This document shows positions 38,331 to 49,931 of a stretch of DNA of 64,000 nt, piece by piece. The notes beneath the pieces are model-generated. The model worked only from the letters and a program-made list of their open reading frames with translations, made no database searches and was not told the DNA's origin. Source of the stretch: Takakia lepidozioides (lineage: Eukaryota; Plantae; Bryophyta). A program made the position numbers and the translations under genes. Location: NCBI GenBank assembly GCA_030704615.1, contig CM060731.1, forward strand, positions 74,028,001 through 74,092,000, written 5' to 3'. Each line of letters starts with the position of its first letter. The stretch's first letter is position 1.

Positions 38331-41177
38331 CATTGCTAATTTGGCAATATAGCCAAGCACACATTTTTGTAGGGAGATACTGACTTAATTGTAGAAGTAA
38401 AAGACGTGACAGTATGGAGGACCTTGTGGAGGAACTACCTTGTATCATCTCCGTCCTCCTTTTCCATGGGGGACTGAAACCCCCACAAATAGCTCTGGGG
38501 GGTAGCATGCAGGAAGTATGCCCTCAAGAGTGTGTCAGAGCCAACTATGAAGTGAGTACTTTCTCTCTTGCTCTCTCACTCTCTGGCTTCTGTGCTCCTA
38601 CTCAGCTCTGTTGGAGTATATGATCCACAATCCCGGTGTACCTTCGGTCTCCCTAGGGGCCTTTGGTGACTGATTTGTCTACATGCAAATCTTAACAGCA
38701 GGAGGTTGGGTCAAGCTCCATGTTTCTTCTAATAACCCATCAGCTCGAGAGCTCTTTCACAGCGATGTGCACAGGCTGCTGATTTCTGTGGACCTATTAA
38801 GAAAGGGCATGGAAATCAGAGCAGGCCAGAAGCCTGTGTATGCTGGAGGTTAACATGCCGCTGTTGAAAACCAGTTCACAGTGTGAACGTGGAAAGGCTA
38901 TTCTGAGAGGAGCTGCCTACAGTGTAAGGTGTAGCAGAGAGTGTACCAAAGATGTCTTGTGCCTTGGATGTTACTATTGATTAGTTGATATTTATTACTG
39001 GAAGCTATGTATTAAATCAATTCGGGTGCTGGAATTGACTGGTCACCCCTCAACAGGGGGGTACAGATGTACCACTACTTGCCTCCTCTTATCTTTGGTA
39101 GATACAAACAGGTGTCTCAACACTGTCCTGAGATCAAAGCTGACGTTCCCAGAACCATCCCTTGTAACTCACACTATTATGCAAAGACATCTGACAGGTC
39201 TTTGAACTGTCGAGTACAAAAGTTGGTCTTCGAGCTACTTCCAACAGGTGTCACATAGTACCTGTTCTGGTGGTCTATATATGTGGCATTGAGCAGGATA
39301 AGTACGAGGCTTATGCCCACACCATGCTTAGGAAGGCCTTGTACGCAAGAGAACCTTTTCGTCAAGGCTTTTCCTGAACCTTTGCCTGAACTTGGGTGCC
39401 AGCATCAGCGGACTTTTAGGTCTCTCATGTTGCCCCTCAGGAAACCCCACGTGCTGTACCCTACAAAGACCATATGGTGGATTTTTTTCTCATGCAAAGT
39501 GTAGGTTTCAGTGGAGCAGTGGTCTTCGCCTTCTCCCCTTCCTACCTCCGCCCCAGCCAATTGAAATTTTAGCGGAACTAAGAGTAAGTACAACAAGGCG
39601 TGAAACACAGTGATACATGAGCCTGCTGCCTGACCACAAGAACTATAGACTTCTGTAACATCTACAGGTCTCCAAGACAGATGTCAGAGGGAATGCTCTT
39701 GAGTCTTGTTCTCTTCTAACGAACCGGATGCATGATGTCTCTGTCCGGATGCACGACTTCTCTGTTTCCTGATCCTAAGGAGAAGAATAATGGGTAGGAG
39801 TGGGCTCAGAATTTTGTGTGGCCACAAAAATTCAGAGGCGTAGGAGTGCTGCCGCCCAAAAAGGTTCACCTGTCGCCCAGCACCTGGACCTGTGAAAAGC
39901 AACTGTTGAGATAAGACTGCTTTTGATGACGCGGTCCGGAAGATTGATTCGCCATGTCGGAAACCTGTTCGTGGCTGCCCTTTCTTCTCTGCCCAGATAC
40001 AACAAGAAAGAGGTCATCAGATCCGCACCAACATTATTCCTCTCGAGTCTCCACTGTCGCCTTCACGTGAAGGTTTGAATACAGACCACTCTCTCCGTGG
40101 GCCCCCTCCCCCCTCCTTTTCACTCTGCCGCATCAACGCTACCTCTCTCAGTCCCTCCCTCCCTCCCATCCTCTCTCTCTCTCTCGGGGCCACAAGACTA
40201 CTTACGGCGAACAAGGTCTTGTCAGAACATTCTCTCCCTCCTCCCTCACATCCTCCTTGCACTGTCGATGCAGACCAGGATTCCTAGGGGACGGAACCCT
40301 ATCTCGGTGCACTTGGACGGACGTGTCGTCATAGAATATTCATCCGTACGGGGGATCATCGGTGGCACTGGCAGCAGCCGACGCGGGAATCGGGATACTT
40401 TACTTCAGTCATCCGTGCGGGGCTTCATTCATCCGGCGGCGCTGTCCTTGCCGTACTCGTGGAACGGCCAAGCGGTTAGACCGGGGCTGACCCGGAGCCG
40501 GGCCCGGAAAGCGTGCGGGACACGTGGCGGCCACGCAGGGGCGTGGCAGCATGTGGCTGCTCTTTGTTGGCCTGCGCTTTTCCGGCCTTCGCTCTGCGCC
40601 CTCAGCTGCTGGCGGCACGTCGCGGGTTCGAAGCCTGGTCACAGCGAGAAAGCAAGTGATGGCGCGGCGGAGATGGCGCCATGTGGCCGTTGCTTTTGCT
40701 TTTGTATTCCGGATGTCGGTCAGTGGAGTGGAGCCAAGACTGCTCTCTCTCTCTCTCTCGCTCGCTCGCTCAGGGACGTTTGAATTTTGCGTGCTGCTGC
40801 TGAGATCGTGTTGCTCTGGTTCTTGCGATCGTTGTTGCGAGAGAGAGAAACTGAGGTCTGAGAAATTTCTGTGCTTGAAAAGGTTGGTGGCTTTTGCTAC
40901 ACCTGTTGTGTTGAGGATCTAGTACCTGGACTAATCGTGGACGAGGTAGAATAGAAACTGTTGGGGCGAGATTGCCCAGCATCGTGAGGTGGAGAGGAGG
41001 AAGAAGGAGAAGAAGAGGGTAGGCACGTTCATTTGTAAGCGAGAAGCAAAGAGGGAGACCTAGAGGTTGAGCAATTGGGTCGGTACGCCGGTACAGCCAT
41101 TCAGGTTTGGGAGAGGCAGGCTGAGGCAGAGCAGGGTTGGTGGATGTGGAAGAGTCATGCCGAAATTCTGGGAATGT

Positions 41178-43689
41178 ATGATCGAGGATAGAGAAGAGGG
41201 AAGTGTTGGCACGGATCCTGCTATCAAGCTGTTTGGACAGACCATAGCGGTTCGTCCCGCTATTGTAAGTGCTGGCGAGGGGGCTTCTGCTGTACCAACA
41301 CCGTCTTCTAGTCAGGTTGGCTATGATGAATCTCTCTACCACTCCAAGCACAAATTTTGTCCTGCATGCTTGCGTGGTGTGAGGGGTTCATTATCAGGCT
41401 AAATACCACGCCTCTGTTGTAGTTGTTTTCGGAGTCGATAGTCTCCTGCATTTTGTTGATTTGTGTGCTCTGCCATTATGTATTGTGGTTGCGAAGACGA
41501 AGGCAGGTAGTTCTTTTCTGGAAGCGATTCACGTTCGTATGTGGCGTTAGGAGGTAAATGATGCTATGGAAGGACATTGCTGGAGGCGTCAAATTTTACT
41601 ACGCGTACACATTGCTCTTATTCCTTAACAACCCAGCAGATCAAGCAGCTTTCTGGTTATTTGTATCTTGACGGATCGCGAGCAGCTGCAGAAATGGAGA
41701 GGACTTGTATGAAACATTGCCGAGTGAAATATTGGACGTTGTATGGATATGCAGGATGAAGAAGGTGGCTCCGGGGATGGAACAGTGTTGCAAGCTATGG
41801 ACGATGGTTTGTCTCAAGAAATTCGAAAGCTTGAACACCAAAGGTTTCCGGGCACCAACGAGAACGATGCGAAAGTTTCCAACGTCCGTAGCAGTGAAAC
41901 TGTGGCAGATGTAGAAGCCCTGGCTCGGGGAGTTGTATGCAAAGAAAGTGAGAGGGGTGAGGATAAGGACGAGGACGAGGACGAGGAAAGCCAAGGTAAT
42001 GGGTCTGAAGACAAGGTGATGAGCAAGCCTGAGCAAGTGGTCGCATGTCCCCGCTGCGACAGCATGGATACTAAGTTTTGCTACTATAACAACTACAATG
42101 TGAACCAACCCCGCCACTTTTGTAAGAAGTGTCAGAGGTATTGGACAGCAGGTGGGACACTCAGGAATGTCCCAGTCGGTGCAGGACGGAGAAAGAACAA
42201 GCACGGGGGACTACAACCTGAGGTGCGAAGTGATGTATCAGATAATGCCCAACAGTTACTATCCTGCTCTCTCACATCACCCACTGGCCGTAAGGTGTCT
42301 AATATGATCGTGCCCCATGGCACTAGAATGCCCTACTCTCCACTGCCCGTTTCGGACTCCAGTCCGAGTGCGAGCAAATTAGCCTCCAACAGCAATTGGA
42401 CTTCGGCAGCTTATTTGCATAGAACGAGGGCACTGCACACACAACCATTTTCAACCACTAACTTCATCGGAGCAGGTGAATATCTACACTTGTACATACA
42501 GCTTACGGTCCCGCATTGTGCTCATGCATCCTGCCATATGTGTGAAGCGCGAAAGCAGGTTGTCCAACATCCATAAATTAAACTACCTCGTTTCTGTCGG
42601 GCAAATGTTGTTATTGTTTGGCAAGAAATTGTCGAAGTAAACTTGCCTGAGTACCAGGGGACTCTTCTTGTAAAGCTTCATTGGAGATCATCCAAGAATA
42701 TACTGGTTTGAATGCATGTTGATTAGCGAGCTCATTTTTTAAGTTCCATAAAGCATTCCTGCTGTTGTCTAGAGTAACTTGAGATTGATCACTAGCAGCC
42801 GGATCTTGAAGCAAGAGTGGCTAATTTTGGATGGCAAATGTCAAGTGTTTTGACAACACCCACGTTTGCAGATGCTGAGATTCGCACGGTTGGAGAACCA
42901 CACTCCGAACACAGACTACACCGACAGATCATGGGGAACCCCTTACAGAAAAATGTTAGCGGCAGTGAGATGGTCCCCATGGTAACTAATGGCAGCACAG
43001 CCCCAAAGCAAGATGCAAAGGATCTCGGTACAATTTCAAACGCACAGCTTCGGCCAGATTGTCCAGTAGTGTATCATCCAACACCTACTGGCCGCTCTCA
43101 GATCAATGCGCAACCTCCTTACTGTTATTTCCCTTATGGATACAACGTTGCTTGGAATGGAGGGTCACCTGCTGCTGCGTCCCGGGTACCGAACCCGCCA
43201 AGTATGGGATCATATTACCGTTACCCCACAGGACTGTGGAGCCTGCCACCCGGCGCTGTCAGTGGCCAGTGCCCACCCTCCATGCTTGGAATGCTTAGAC
43301 ATCCAGTGGCTTCCCCAGCGTCGATGGCTACGCCGTTGGGAGAAGGCGCGGCTGCAGCAACAGCAGCTGCGCAGGCTGCTGCTACAGCCAGTGGAGGATT
43401 GTCACCAGTCAAGCGTGAGAGATCAGTAGGTGGGAGAATTGCAGGAGACCTTTGGGCTCCCAAGACATTGCGGATAGATGATCCTGAAGAAGTCGCACGC
43501 AGCTCTGTTTGGACAAGGATTCGTTCGATGAATAGGCCGGATCCCATCAATTCTGGCGGCATATTCAAGGCATTTCAACCCAAGACACAGAGTAAACGAA
43601 ATGAGGAGCAAGCAGGTTGGACATCTCCCAGTAGACATGCAAACCCGGCAGCAATGACAAGATCACGAAGCTTTCAAGAGAATAACTAG
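41178..43689 (+). CDS. CDF: Dof zinc-finger transcription factor, CYCLING DOF FACTOR type, 3 exons
   Basis: Exons 41178-41315 (DPAIKLFG motif), 41755-42475 (Dof domain [37 protein letters not shown]) and 42872-43689 ([29 protein letters not shown]). Confidence 0.93.
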
Positions 43690-44280
43690 GAAGGGAAGCG
43701 ACAGGTTTTGCGTACTCTATTCTTGCGGGTGTATCACATGTCACCTCCCTGGAGAGGGTTATATTCAAATGTAAATTTGTCAATCAATAATAGAAGCCAT
43801 AGCTGAATCTATTCAGGCTCCCTTTCCACACCCTCTGACTGCTGAAAGCTGGAGCATCTTTGTCACTGGATACAGTTGAATGTTATGGACTTGATTGATA
43901 GAGGTAGATAATATTTGCAGTAATATCACTGTTCGAGCCCCTCAATTCTATCTTCCAGCAGATCATGTCTCCCTCTCTCCCTTTCAAAAAGGGAAGTGTC
44001 CTCTTATAGCATCAATGGAAGTGCTCGCTTGAAGGTGACAACATTAGCTTGGATGCATTCAGTTGGAATTTCACACCTGCGCTTTCAGTTCGAATTGCAG
44101 ATTGCAGGAAAACGTATCTCTCACATAAGCTGTAATTTTGCTGCAAATCATAGTAGATTAGATGCTTCAAACATTACAACTTTGATATTTTGGGCTCTCA
44201 CCTTGTCCACTATAATTACAAAGGGACCCCAACTGGGTTGGCATAACTCATGTACATCTGTCCAGAGAGATTCAGATGCT

Positions 44281-47145
44281 CTATTCTGGAGTTACCACAA
44301 CCTTCCCAGTAGCGTGTCCCTCTATACTGCGTACCCAAGCATCTTCTGCCTTTCCCAGAGTATATGTGGAGTCGACGATAACCTTCAGCTTCCCCTTTTT
44401 CACAAGGTCTGTCAGGAAATCAAGATCCTTTGCATTGGCAGACATGATGAGAGGAACATACTTCTGCTTTGCAAATGTGGCTGTGCGAATGACTGCTGTT
44501 AGCAGCCCTGCAGCATTAGGCGTCAGGTCAATCACCTTGGCTGTTGGCGCAAGCTGGGGCTTAAAGAGGGAGAAGGGCACGTAGTGTGCACAGTGAATGA
44601 CTGCATCATATTTCTTCCCTGAGGGACTAATAAGCTTGGAACCTTCAGGAGTCTTGTAGTCCAGAACTTCATCAGCCCCAAGGCTCTTCATCAATTCAAT
44701 GTTGCGGGACCCACATGTTGCTGTCACATGGGCACCTCCTAGTTTGGCAAGCTGCAAGATACACATCAAAGTCAGTTAGACCAAAATCTGTGCGTCCCTC
44801 ACTACCTAATGTAATCACGTTCTAATCCGGTTATCTCATCTGGGCATTTTGGTAACTACTGAAAGGAGCATGTTGGCCACAGAGTCATAGCATTTCAGGA
44901 TAACCAAAATGGAGCTCCAGCACTATCCACCTATTTCAATGCTATCGTGCAGTAGCCCTTCACTATGTATTCCATGTCTGAATGGCAATATGCGACTTGA
45001 TGTAAAAAAGTATATGAGCTGAATAACCGACACATCATCAGAGAGAGATAGAGAGAAAGAAGAAGAAAGGTTATCCGATATTACACTTAGAGAGAGAGAG
45101 AGAGAGAGGGAGAGCACCTGCACAGCAAAAGTTCCAACACCACCAGACGCAGCTGTTATGAGCAGATTTTTTTTCACTGAATTACTTCCATCAAGTTTGA
45201 CACCAGCAGCGTCCCGTACAGCTTGTAGTGCAGTGAATCCAGCAACAGGCAGGGAGGCACCATCCACTGCTGAAACCTCAGGTGGCCTCTTTGCTGTGGT
45301 TTTAATGGGTGCTACTGCATACTCTGCTAGTGATCCGCCATTCTGCATGAGCCCCTCATCAAATTTAACAGCTAAAAAAATTTCTGCTGTCCCTTAAAAA
45401 ACCAAGACACTTCTCAGTGGCTTTCTGCGTCTGTGCAAAAACGGGCACCAAGGCTACTTCAAACATCTCTCTCAATCTGAAAAGTCCCTGTTCTGGGAGT
45501 GGCCTCAACCATGTGCATGAGCTACGAAGGTTTGGCAAAGGTGCCATACTATCGATCGTGCAAACCTCACAACTAGATCCCGTGCAACAAGGACTACGGT
45601 CTTAGCTGCTCTTACACCAATGGGTACCACACCATCACCAATTCCAACTCATTTCTACGACTACCTGGCCAAATACCGGCAAACTGTCCCCTGTCACTGG
45701 AATGTCGTTTGATGTTTACTAGCTTCCACGTCCACTGCAACAGATTTTTACATTGAACAACAAGTTCCGCACTCTACAAGATTTTCAATGAACCAAACAG
45801 ATCCATAATGAGCAAAAACAGAGAGGTACCCTAAGGTCCAGCCAGCTTGAAACCTTGTCACCAGACGCAAAGGTTGTAACTCCAGGACCAACACTAACCA
45901 CCTCCCCGGCAACATCAGTTCCTGCCAACCAGTGGGCTCCAAATATTCTCTCTTTTAGCTTGGCTTGCATCTTGCTCTTGATACATTTGCTTTCCATCAA
46001 ATAGCCACATCTAGCAAGACAAGAAGGTATCTCATCCCAAATATCACCCAAAATCAATGGAATGTATTAACACTTGTGTCGATAGAATTGTTGTGTCATG
46101 GAGGTACATTGGAAACTCAACATCACTTACTGCAGGTCAATTCAACTATGCTGTGCCAACACAGTGAACAGTGAGGTGCAGGACAAATCACCCTCAAGCT
46201 CAGGCGCATGACCAAAAGAACACCTTAAGGTGTCGAAACTTTGAGTGATGGCTTTTGTCGCAGTGATCAGGAAAGGCAAGCAGTGGGATTTGTTCTGGAC
46301 TCGATTTATTCCCCACTGCAGACAATTCACAATACTAGATGACAAACTCTCACAATTACGCAGAAGTATGAAACATGCTAAGACTGACAATTCCATCATT
46401 TATGTTTACCAAAGGTCCGGAGCCATCAGCAACACAGTTAACTCTTTCAACAACACTGCTGTCTGGATCATTCCAGAAAACGGTTTATGGGACTGTGTTT
46501 GTTTTTCAAAAGTGGAAGAGGCAACACATGGGGTCCTCAATTAGTACCTGGTATGTGAGGAAACTTAGGCGGCAGAAAGAATTTAAGGAGGCCGTCCTGA
46601 ACTTTCCAGTCAACTGGGTTCACGCTGGCTGCCTCTATCTTTACCAGCACCTGGTCCTTCTTCGGTGTGGGCACGGGCACTTCCACATGCTGCACGTGTC
46701 GTACCATGAAACCATAAGGCAGCGAGCAAAAGAGAGACCGAAACAGAGAAAGAAACAAGTACTCTTACACTTTCCTTGCCACACGCTCGTGGCCAAAGAA
46801 TCTGAAGTAAGTTTCACGAAGGATAGACTGATAGCTGCACCTCACTCACATACATAGCGCTTTGCACAGTATCCAAAACCTACACCTTTGCTGCGAAAAG
46901 AGTCAAGTAGAATGACACGCACCTAAAGGCGTATCAGATTCTCTAGGCAAAGCTTCATCCCTAGTGGACACCTATTTAATTATCATGCGACTTAAACTCC
47001 CATCTCTTTCTGGGTCTGGATGTTTTGAACATCATATGTGCATGAAAGACAAAAAGAGGGAAGAGAAAAAACAGAAACCTGCCTTCAGCGATGAAGCCCC
47101 ACCCCCAAAGGCGGAGTACTGCACACCTCGCATCACATTGGCCAT
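44281..47145 (-). CDS. ceQORH: ceQORH-like quinone oxidoreductase, paralogue 2, 5 exons
   Basis: Exons 47145-47083 (MANVMRGVQYSAFGGGASSLK, GC donor), 46689-46548, 45921-45830, 45342-45118 and 44751-44281. Intron positions are the same as in paralogue 1. Confidence 0.92.
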
Positions 47146-47792
47146 CTCTCCCAAAAACAACTTCAGCCTCCAATCCTTGTCTCTTCTCCTCTCGATCACT
47201 CTCTCCCACCCTCGCTACCGTAGCAATGACACTCACATATACACTCAAAAAAAAATTTGATCATTCCAACACCTCTCTCTCCCTCTCTTGTCCAATTCTT
47301 CCCTCAACGATTGCCGACAATGTGGGAGAACGCATCAATCGGCACGCAATCTCGAGTCGCGCTCTCACTACGAACATCACCGTCTTTCTGGTCGCATGCA
47401 TTCCACCACAGCCCTCTCTCTACACGTGCCCATCCTTACCTTCTGATCCGATCTCTCCAGGTCAGATTGACCGGGATATCCAGTCGGAGCACAGTTATGC
47501 TTTCATCGAGAGTACATCCATCCATCTATCATTACTTCTCTCTCTTTCTTTCATCCATCCAACCTTGATGACCATCCACCGACTCATCCATTCATTTCAA
47601 TCACACATGACTGGAGACGAAAGAGAGAGACTCAGAGAAGCTAAGTATGTCTGAGATGGAGAGAGGGAATTGAGAACGCAGCAATTGCATCCGTCAGGGT
47701 TTGGCAGAGAATCAGCTTTAATGAAGTTTGCAGCGAGTTTCTGGATCTTGCTAGGGGCTCAGGATACGGCTTTGATGGAGCAGATTTAGTAC

Positions 47793-48800
47793 TTATACTC
47801 CCAGGTTTCTTCCAGTGCTTCTGGATCTCTCCGTCTCATATAACCATGCTTTGTAGCGTTCTTTGTAATTGGAATTGGCAATCTTTGTGATGAGAAGAGG
47901 TCCCTGTTGTATGGTCGAAACCATTGGCACATTGGACAGTCCCATCTCACCGATTAGCCTATGCTGGGAACCTTTGTGAATGAGGTCAATGGTATGATCT
48001 CGGAAGGAGATGGTGGGATCTTTTGTGTCCAAGAATAACGTCGATGTGAGCTAGATCCATTACGCCGAGGTCAAGCGCATCGCAGTAGGTCTGAATCTGA
48101 AGAGGGACAGAGACCCGCCTATTCCATCGTTGGTTTGAGCCATCTGGAAAGTGGAGCACGTAGGGCTCAGAGACGATCGTCTTGAGTCCTAAAGCTAGAA
48201 CCACTTTGGAACTAACAAAATTGTGTGTACACCCCGAGTCTAACAACACAATGACATCTTTGCACCTGATCTTTCCTTTGATCTTGAGATGCTCCCAGGA
48301 ATAAAAGCCGTTATCAGCTCTCTCGCTCACTGAATCAGCAAACCTTACCTTGCGTGGATCTGGGGTTGGGGTCTTGGTCGTGCCTGGCGCTCCAAGACCA
48401 AGGGTGGGGGTCTTGGCACCCTTCTCCTTAGCTTCTTGTGGATTCCTGATGAGGGTACTTGGCATTCCAATGGTCATTTCTGTTGCCAAACGTGCATGCT
48501 TCACTAGCTTTGGGGAGAAGCACTTGTGTGAAGAGGTCGGTGGCTTTTTACATATGATGCACAATGCTGGATCATGCAGCTTCCCCATCTGCCCAATGAG
48601 CTTACATGTGGGAAGTTCACCTTCGTGAGTTCAGACGGGGGTGGAAGCGTGTTGATCCCTTTTAATTCTTGCCACTCTAGTTCTAGTAATCCCCTTTCAT
48701 GCGTAACAAACTTCAGCTCCCTCTCTCTCTCTCCATCGATTTGTGAAATAACTTTCAGAAAATCATACCTGGGGAAAATCTCAGTTACAAGGAGATTTTG
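47793..48800 (-). mobile_element. Ty3/gypsy gag-protease relic
   Basis: Aspartic protease IVLLDSGCTHNFVS ... DVILG in ORF 47986-48588(-), preceded by a Cys/His knuckle-like segment. Confidence 0.7.
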
Positions 48801-49389
48801 CCACAAAATCTGGGCTCAATGCACAAACACCTAGAGCCCACAGTAGCTTCACCCAGTGGATGCCGTTGATTGTGCACAGGGGTGCAGCCCTTGCAAAGGA
48901 CGTGACCTTTCACACCACGTTTATCTCTCAAGAAGGGCTTTCTTATGTCCATGGGAGCAGAAACACCCACAAAGACCATAAAACATAACTATCTCTGACT
49001 GTATAAATTAGTAGAAACATGCCACGTCAGCGAGTCTGCTCTAAGAATCAGTTATGGGGCCATATTTCCTAGGAGGGTCCTCCTCTGCTAAGAGAAACAG
49101 GCCATATTGCCTTTGCCTGGGCACGCACAGGCAGGGCATTCAGGTAAATAAGGAACATATTTATACACTAGGAAATATGGCCCCATGACTCCTCTATACG
49201 TAAAAAAAGATGCTTAGAATGTTTTCTTTGCAATTTGCGTGGCTTATATTGGTGAATCCTAATTCGTAAAAACAAGCGTTACAACCGGGAACGCCAACGC
49301 CAGGCTAGCGAGTGGGCTAGGGGCGTACTTGCTGAGTCAGCAAACCTTTTCAGCGATATTACGCTCCGTAAAGAACCGGGGCGCTGGGG

Positions 49390-49913
49390 TGTGGAGCTGG
49401 GATTCCTTCTCTCGACTTGGAGGAACGGAGGAGGGATGTGCCCCATATGATTTAGGGATGGACGGAACCAGGATGAGGTCTGGATGAACTCACACCTTGC
49501 TGAGCTGGCAACCGCTTATGACTTTATTAGGTGCTGTCTTATTCTAACAGCTAGTTTAGGATTAGATTAGGATGGATCTGGGTGATCTAGCTTCTTTCTA
49601 TGGCTATGCTAGAAGGGCATCTGGCTGGCCTATATATAAGTGTCATGCGGCACTAGGATTAGATTACGACCTAATACTATTTAAGCTCCACTACCGTGGC
49701 AGTGAGGGTGGTGGCTTTTGGATCTTACGCGAGTGTACGTTTGGTGTAACGGTGTGCTTGAGTGTGTTGATGAATGTGTTTTGGATGTTCGACTCTGTTG
49801 CATGCTCTTCGTGAGATTCTGTCTTCTCTGCCAGGCCCATCTATCGACTACATCCCCCTTGATAGGATGAAGTCCGGTAGAGGAAGGAGAACAAACCCAT
49901 AGAGCCGGAATCG
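49390..49913 (+). repeat. 5' LTR (repeat A1); ends ...GGAATCG without a terminal CA
   Basis: Matches 62636-63174 with substitutions and two ~10-bp indels. Confidence 0.9.
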
Positions 49914-49931
49914 TGGTGGAGATGCGGGGTA
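49914..49931 (+). promoter_or_regulatory. Primer-binding site complementary to the 3' end of tRNA-Ala
   Basis: TGGTGGAGATGCGGGGTA is the reverse complement of the plant tRNA-Ala 3' end ...TACCCCGCATCTCCACCA. Confidence 0.85.

Noticed and set aside
40097-41351. Long ORFs upstream of and antisense to the Dof gene
   Set aside because: GC-rich, CT-repeat promoter/5' UTR sequence with no recognisable protein features.
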